In this document: piece by piece, positions 58,638 to 64,000 of the stretch | Layout of the letters: every line of letters starts with the position of its first letter | Position numbering within the stretch: the first letter of the stretch is position 1 | From: Clostridiaceae bacterium | GTDB lineage: Bacteria; Bacillota; Clostridia; DSM-8532 | Assembly: GCA_012719645.1 (NCBI GenBank) | Contig: JAAXZX010000074.1 | Span: 7,050-71,049, forward strand | Direction of reading: 5' to 3' | Length of the DNA stretch: 64,000 nt | Position numbers and translations under genes: made by a program | Notes under the pieces: model-generated | Seen by the model: only the letters and a program-made list of their open reading frames with translations | Told to the model about the DNA's origin: nothing | Database searches by the model: none

Positions 58638-60152
58638 TTATACAATGGGCTTGATGGATCTTTCCTCTGCCGGGTATTTTTGCGGTGTTTTCTCCAGGGT
58701 AGCGGTGATGGCCTCCTTCAGCCGTTCTATACCTGCCGGTATATCCTCCCTGGAAGGGTAGGTGAAGTTCAGGCGCATGTACTGGCCGCCTTTCCCGCCC
58801 AGGTAGAAAGCCGTTCCCGGAACATAGCTTACTCCGCGCTCCGCCGCGTTCACCAGGAGGGACATGTTGGGGGTTCCCTCAGGCAGCTTGCACCAGAGAT
58901 AATAGCCTCCAGCAGGCTTGATCCACTCCATTCCGGGGATCGGCCTGTCCAGCAGCGCATCAAGCATTATATCCCGCTTTACCCGGTACTCTTCGCTGAT
59001 CCTGCGCACATGGTCTTCATACCTGCCGCTGCGCAGGAAGCGCTCTACAATCCACTGGGAAATGCTGTTGGCATGGAGGTCCTGAAGCTGCTTGATCATG
59101 GCAAACTGGTGGATTATGAGCCTGGGAGCCGCCACCCAGCCAATCCTTATCCCCGGGAAGAGTATCTTGGAAAAAGTGCTCAGATAAATGACATAACCAT
59201 AAGGATCAAGTTCCTTCAGACAGGGCTTCCTTGCTCCCTCAAACCTGATTTCGCTGTAAGGATCATCTTCCATGATCAGGACCTTTCTCCTGAAGGCCAG
59301 TTCCAGCAGCCTCCTGCGACGCTCCAGGGCCATGGAAACGCCCGAAGGGTTCTGGTAGGTTGGCATGGTATAGATCAGCTTTGGCCTGTACCTTTGCAGG
59401 AGCTGTTCCAATACATCAACCCGCATTCCCTGGTCATCCACAGGAACGCCTATAATCCTGGCGCCCGCGGCGCTGAATATCTGCAGGGCGCTGAAAAAGG
59501 ACGGCTCCTCGACAATAACCACATCTCCCGGGTCTATGAAAACCCGGGCCGCGATGTCAATCCCCTGCTGTGATCCGGATAAAACCAGGATCTCATCGGG
59601 GGAAACGCTGATACCCCTTTTCTGCATGAGGTCCGCTATGGCTTCCCTGAGCGACCAGAACCCTTCTGTAGGTGTATGCTTCAGCGCTTCATGGTTAGGC
59701 TGGTTTATAATCTCTTCTTCTATCCCATGGAGGGCTTCAACAGGATCTGTTTCAAAGGCAGATATACCCGCGGAGAAGGAGATCACATCGGCACGGTTGG
59801 CCATCACCAGCAGGTCCCGCAGTAAAGGATCATTGGCCCTTTCGGAGATCTGGCTGAAGAACTGGGAATACAGGGGTGGGTCAAATTCATTGTGTGATTC
59901 GGATACCTCCGACATGACGGACAGGACCACGGTTCCCCTTCCCACGTGGGGGTCCGCCAGGCCGTCCGCCTTCAGTTCCCGGTAAGCCGTAAGGACAGTG
60001 CTTCGGTTAACGCCAAGGCTTTCAGCAAGTTTCCTTTCGGGAGGAAGAAGGCTTCCAGGCGGAAGCCTGCCGTCAAAAATCATGGCGCGGATCTGGTTCC
60101 GGATCTGGATGTATATGGGCGTCCGGCTGTTCCGGTCAATTTTTATATGCAT
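58638..60152 (-). CDS. MocR/GabR family regulator (GntR wHTH plus aminotransferase domain)
   Basis: LPPERKLAESLGVNRSTVLTAYREL, TYQNPSG and STFSKILFPGIRIGW motifs. Confidence 0.92.
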   Translation of the reverse strand: MHIKIDRNSRTPIYIQIRNQIRAMIFDGRLPPGSLLPPERKLAESLGVNRSTVLTAYRELKADGLADPHVGRGTVVLSVMSEVSESHNEFDPPLYSQFFSQISERANDPLLRDLLVMANRADVISFSAGISAFETDPVEALHGIEEEIINQPNHEALKHTPTEGFWSLREAIADLMQKRGISVSPDEILVLSGSQQGIDIAARVFIDPGDVVIVEEPSFFSALQIFSAAGARIIGVPVDDQGMRVDVLEQLLQRYRPKLIYTMPTYQNPSGVSMALERRRRLLELAFRRKVLIMEDDPYSEIRFEGARKPCLKELDPYGYVIYLSTFSKILFPGIRIGWVAAPRLIIHQFAMIKQLQDLHANSISQWIVERFLRSGRYEDHVRRISEEYRVKRDIMLDALLDRPIPGMEWIKPAGGYYLWCKLPEGTPNMSLLVNAAERGVSYVPGTAFYLGGKGGQYMRLNFTYPSREDIPAGIERLKEAITATLEKTPQKYPAEERSIKPIV

Positions 60153-60246
60153 GGACCACACCCCTTTTGGATTAATCCAATTTTATAATATATCGGGAGA
60201 TTCCTAAAATAAACAACCAATTGGATTATTTTTTGCCCATCCAATT
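60152..60246. promoter_or_regulatory. Array of TGGAT/ATCCA half-sites upstream of the MocR gene (probable autoregulatory operator)
   Basis: TTGGATTAATCCAA perfect palindrome (60167-60180); AATTGGAT-N12-ATCCAATT (60219-60246); TGGAC at 60152. Confidence 0.6.
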
Positions 60247-60378
60247 TCATTCAGGAGTCAGCCCGGTTTTATCAATACTGCGCACGGGATGCAAAACGGC
60301 AAGGGTAATCCCCTTGCCGCAATTCCGCATTATCATGCTGCAACTTCGCAGGAAGGCTTTTCCTGCCAAAGGCCTGTA

Positions 60379-61344
60379 TTATTTTATCAGGGCTGTTACC
60401 TCTTTCAAGGTAGGCATGGCCGGAATGGCTCCCTTCCTTGTGGTGGCCAGGGCGCCTACCGCATTGGCAAAATCCACGGCGCCGTGCAGTTCTTCAAAGG
60501 TAAGCTCCTGCAGGCGGCCAAAATAGGGCCTTATCCTGTACAGGAATCCTCCGAGGAAAGCATCGCCGGCGCCGGTGGTGTCTATGGTTTTCACATCATA
60601 GGTGGGAAGCCTGTCATACCTTCCATCCATGCCGAAGAAACAGCCATCCGGACCCAAGGTGACCAAAAGGATCCTGCCCCTGTACATATCCGCAAGGCGT
60701 TCAGCCCCTTTTTTCAGATCGGTTTCCCCGGTCAGGAATGCCAGTTCATCCTCTGAAATCTTCAGGATATCGGCAAACTCCAGGCCCCTGATGATTACCT
60801 CCCTGGCCTCTTCCAAACTGCTCCACAGGGCAGGCCTCAGGTTAGGGTCGTAGGAAATAGTCTTGCCCATCTCCCTTGCCAGCCTCGCTGATTCAAGGGT
60901 CGCAGTCCTGGAAGGTTCGTGGGTCATGGAAACAGAGCCGAAGTGAAAAGCCTCCGCATCCCTGATGATGTTCCGGTCCACTTCATCGCAGGAAAGCATC
61001 ATGTCAGCCCCGGGATTCCTGTAAAAACTGAAGCTCCTGTCACCGGTACTGCTGAGATGCACGAAAGCCAGGGTAGTATTCACCTTTTTGTCAAACCTCA
61101 GCCCTTTGCTGTCTATTCCATTCTTTTTCAGGGTGTCGGACAGGAATCTGCCGAAGGTATCCGACCCCACCTTGCCGATAAAAGCACCTGTTCCGCCCAG
61201 CCGTACAAGAGCGGCAAGAACATTGGCCGGCGCGCCGCCGGGATTGCACTCAAACAGTGGGTTTCCCTGGCCTGATACGCCAGACGGTGTGAAATCGATC
61301 AGGAGTTCCCCTAATGCCGCCAAATCCGGCATATGCATCACCAT
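60379..61344 (-). CDS. PfkB family carbohydrate kinase (fructokinase-like)
   Basis: GELLID, PGGAPANV, YDPNLR and DTTGAGDAF motifs. Confidence 0.92.
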   Translation of the reverse strand: MVMHMPDLAALGELLIDFTPSGVSGQGNPLFECNPGGAPANVLAALVRLGGTGAFIGKVGSDTFGRFLSDTLKKNGIDSKGLRFDKKVNTTLAFVHLSSTGDRSFSFYRNPGADMMLSCDEVDRNIIRDAEAFHFGSVSMTHEPSRTATLESARLAREMGKTISYDPNLRPALWSSLEEAREVIIRGLEFADILKISEDELAFLTGETDLKKGAERLADMYRGRILLVTLGPDGCFFGMDGRYDRLPTYDVKTIDTTGAGDAFLGGFLYRIRPYFGRLQELTFEELHGAVDFANAVGALATTRKGAIPAMPTLKEVTALIK

Positions 61345-61431
61345 CCCGCAAGAATAGGTATTCAGTCAGATTCATTGTCACAGATATCCAGGTGATTGGC
61401 AAGTGGTGGATTTTCTGTTTTCATGCCCAAT

Positions 61432-62949
61432 TCATCTGATTTGCGGGTTTATCCTGTTCTTTTCCTCATCATGGCGGTTAAGGGGAAGGCAGGCCGGTCC
61501 TTCCAGCACATTGCCCTTGTAATCGAACCTGGAACCATGGCATGGGCAATCCCATGAGGCTTCCAGTTCATTCCACTTCAGTTCGCATCCCATATGGGTG
61601 CATGTAATATCCAGGATATGCTCGTTTCCTTCCTCATCCTTGTAATAACCGCAGCGCTTGCCGCCAAGGTTGACAACCCGGCCGATTCCCGCGGATTCCG
61701 GCAGTTCTGTGTCGCCCGATTTCAGTTTTCCGCTGACCAGCTGGGCAGTGACATCGGCGTTTTCAGTGACAAAGGTGGAGGATGCGATATCCTTCAGGGC
61801 TGAATGGGAATAGAGTTTCTCATAGGGCGAGCTTCCGTTCAGAATCATGTTGCTGATAACCATGCCGGCTGCGGTGCCGCCCGATATTCCCCATTTATTA
61901 AAGCCTGTCGCCACATAGATATTTGGGGTGTCTTTTGTCAGGTATCCCACATACGGGATCTTCCGGGGAGGTTCATAATCCTGGGCCGACCATTGGTACT
62001 GGTAATCCTCGATACCGAATACCTCATTGCCGAATTTCTTAAGCTCAAGATAGCAGTCTTTGTTCTGATGGCCCACCTTGTGGCTTTCACCGACAATCAG
62101 CAGGGAACCGGCTTCGTGCACATACCTCAATGACCTTGTCGGTTCCTCAGCGCTGATGAAATGACATTCGGGGAAACTCTCGACGTACTTGGCCATGACG
62201 GCGTAAGTCCTGAGAGGTTTCAGCCTGGCGAAGTAGAATCCCATCCCGTCATAGCAGGGAAAATGCGTGGCGATCACCACGCGCCCTGCGTCAATGGTTT
62301 TTTTGTCCCCCGTTTTGAGGATGCAGCGCTCACCCGGCTGGAGATCAACAATACGGGTATCCTCATATATGGCGCCGCCCTGCCTGACGGCTTCCTCTGC
62401 CAGCGCATCAATGTATTTCTTGGGATTGACCTGGGCCTGGTTATTCAGTACCAGGGCGTTCTTCACCCTGATGGGTATGGGAATCTCTTTTTCCAGGCTG
62501 CAGTCCAGTTCCAGCTTCATGTACGTCTCATATTCCTGCCTGATTTTATCTGCATACCCTTCATCCTGGGTATACACGCATGCCGCGACCCTCTGGAAAT
62601 CGCACTGGATGTTGTACCTGGCAATAAGGGTTTCCATCAGTTCCAGGGCTTTATAGTTGATCTCATAATACTGGCGGGCCCTTTCCAGGTCGAATTGGCT
62701 CTCGATGTCGTAATAGACCAGGCCATGCTGGGCAGTGATCTTGCCGGTATTCCTGCCGCTGCAGCCATATCCTGTCCTGTCTGCGTCAATCAATACCGCC
62801 TCAAGTCCGGCTGAGACCAGGAGATAAAGACAGGTAATTCCCGCCATCCCGCCCCCGACTATGAGGCAGTCCGTTTTGATGTCACTGTTCAGCTTTTCAA
62901 AGCGTTTACCCTCCGAACTTTCAATCCAATAAGATTCATTCATGTCCAT
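61432..62949 (-). CDS. yhfW: FAD-dependent oxidoreductase with C-terminal Rieske domain (YhfW-like)
   Basis: VGGGMAG, SGRNTGK, WSAQDY and TGFNKWG motifs; Rieske CTHMGC...WDCPCHGSRF. Confidence 0.88.
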   Translation of the reverse strand: MDMNESYWIESSEGKRFEKLNSDIKTDCLIVGGGMAGITCLYLLVSAGLEAVLIDADRTGYGCSGRNTGKITAQHGLVYYDIESQFDLERARQYYEINYKALELMETLIARYNIQCDFQRVAACVYTQDEGYADKIRQEYETYMKLELDCSLEKEIPIPIRVKNALVLNNQAQVNPKKYIDALAEEAVRQGGAIYEDTRIVDLQPGERCILKTGDKKTIDAGRVVIATHFPCYDGMGFYFARLKPLRTYAVMAKYVESFPECHFISAEEPTRSLRYVHEAGSLLIVGESHKVGHQNKDCYLELKKFGNEVFGIEDYQYQWSAQDYEPPRKIPYVGYLTKDTPNIYVATGFNKWGISGGTAAGMVISNMILNGSSPYEKLYSHSALKDIASSTFVTENADVTAQLVSGKLKSGDTELPESAGIGRVVNLGGKRCGYYKDEEGNEHILDITCTHMGCELKWNELEASWDCPCHGSRFDYKGNVLEGPACLPLNRHDEEKNRINPQIR

Positions 62950-63142
62950 TCTCCTTCACAGCATCCGTGTGACGCCGGCTTCCAGTCCCCTGCGCAGCAC
63001 AAAAGCGCCAGGGTCATGGATATCTCCATAACGGGAGAAAGCCACATTTATTGTCTGTTCAGAGGGTAATTTTATGCATGGGAATGGCATTATTTCACCG
63101 GAACAAGCTGTCTGAGACCGTACCAAAGCGGGATCATGAGGC

Positions 63143-64000
63143 TCAGGGCTTCATGGATCCGTCAGTTCCGGATTTCATACGCCGGCTCCTGATAACCGGA
63201 ATGCAGCACCAGGCGGTAATCACAGCCAGTACCACGGCGCCGCCCGCAAAGGCCATGGTACCGGGTACTTCTCCAATAGTCAGGAATACCAGGACCGGGT
63301 TGAGCACCGGTTCAATAACAGGTATAAGGATAATCTCCAGGGCTGTAAGATGTTTGACTGCTTTGACATAAAAAATATACGGCAATCCCAGTTGGAATAC
63401 ACCTAAAAGAACCAGACCGGCCCAGCCCTTTGCATCCGGCAGGTCACCAAAAAGAAAAGGGAGTCCGATCAACGCCGTGAGCAAATTGCCCAGCAGTACT
63501 GTCTCAAGGGGTGATCCGTCCTTCTGCATCCTCATGAACACTGCAAAAAGGGCAAAGCTTACACCGCTCAGCAGGGCACAGGCATTGCCCATAAATCCGC
63601 TGGTGTCAAGGCTGTCCATAAAAAACAGGATCATACCCCCAATGGTCAATATGATGGCTCCCCAGTCATAGAGCTTTGCCTTCTCTTTCAACAACCAGGC
63701 GCCGAATATGGCCACATAAACCGGCGCTGTGTACTGGAGAAGTATGGCGTTGGCAGCAGTAGTCAGCTTGTTTGGCTGCAACAAAAAGTATAACCGTCGC
63801 CGTATATGCCAGGGCAGCCCCGATTTGGGCGGCTGACCATGTGAACCTGGGCTTTCTGAGATACAGGAATATGATCAGTGCAGCGAAAGCGCTCCTGGTT
63901 CCTGCTATGGCAAGCGCGTTTGAGTTCACGAGCTTGATCAGGATACCTCCAAGGCTCCACAATATCGCTGTAATAACAAGGCAAAGGATGGCTTTGGGTC
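63143..64000 (-). pseudogene. EamA/DMT family transporter, split by a +1 frameshift; 5' end beyond the window
   Basis: Frame 1 reads ...WSLGG...TVILFVAA and frame 2 continues NKLTTAANAILLQYTAP. Removing one T of ttt at 63771-63773 gives a continuous FVAANKLTT. Confidence 0.8.

Noticed and set aside
1-64000. CRISPR arrays, tRNA/rRNA, transposases, integrases, prophage genes, Sec/Pyl recoding
   Set aside because: No regularly spaced direct repeats, cloverleaf/rRNA signatures, mobile-element motifs or in-frame-stop-split enzymes were seen on manual reading; dedicated tools were not run.

Overview
A 64 kb chromosomal window of roughly 50% GC. It comes from an anaerobic, probably spore-forming Clostridia-class Firmicute, judged from sigmaA-type promoters, GGAGG RBSs, SPOCS/YhfW/YkuS homologues and an [FeFe]-hydrogenase. 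About 50 densely packed CDSs are present. Housekeeping genes: ppx-like, serA, ftsY, smc, guaB, panE, trxA. Oxidative TCA branch: Si-citrate synthase, aconitase, NADP-ICDH, plus malic enzyme. Other content: two Trk/Ktr K+ loci; carbohydrate genes (GH5 lipoprotein, GH31, GH95/GH65-like, UxaE plus GH4 alpha-galacturonidase, PfkB kinase); redox genes (CoA-disulfide reductase-rhodanese, Crp/Fnr, group B-like [FeFe]-hydrogenase); a membrane diguanylate cyclase; and a MocR-aminotransferase pair. I saw no CRISPR array, tRNA/rRNA, transposase, integrase or prophage gene. Best leads: (1) a complete tandem glycine riboswitch with a terminator in front of serA, whose hand-folded platform suggests an OFF switch; (2) a shared GTnAC-N3-GTnAC palindrome upstream of trxA and the CoADR-rhodanese gene, which flank a Crp/Fnr gene; (3) an orphan 3-TM plus winged-helix (YLATT-like) gene next to a truncated PNPOx-like remnant; (4) a structured citrate synthase leader with an anti-SD; (5) an unassigned GH95-like enzyme and a GH5 with an unassigned CBM-like domain. 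All family calls are from motif recognition by eye and all RNA folds are by hand; no searches were run.
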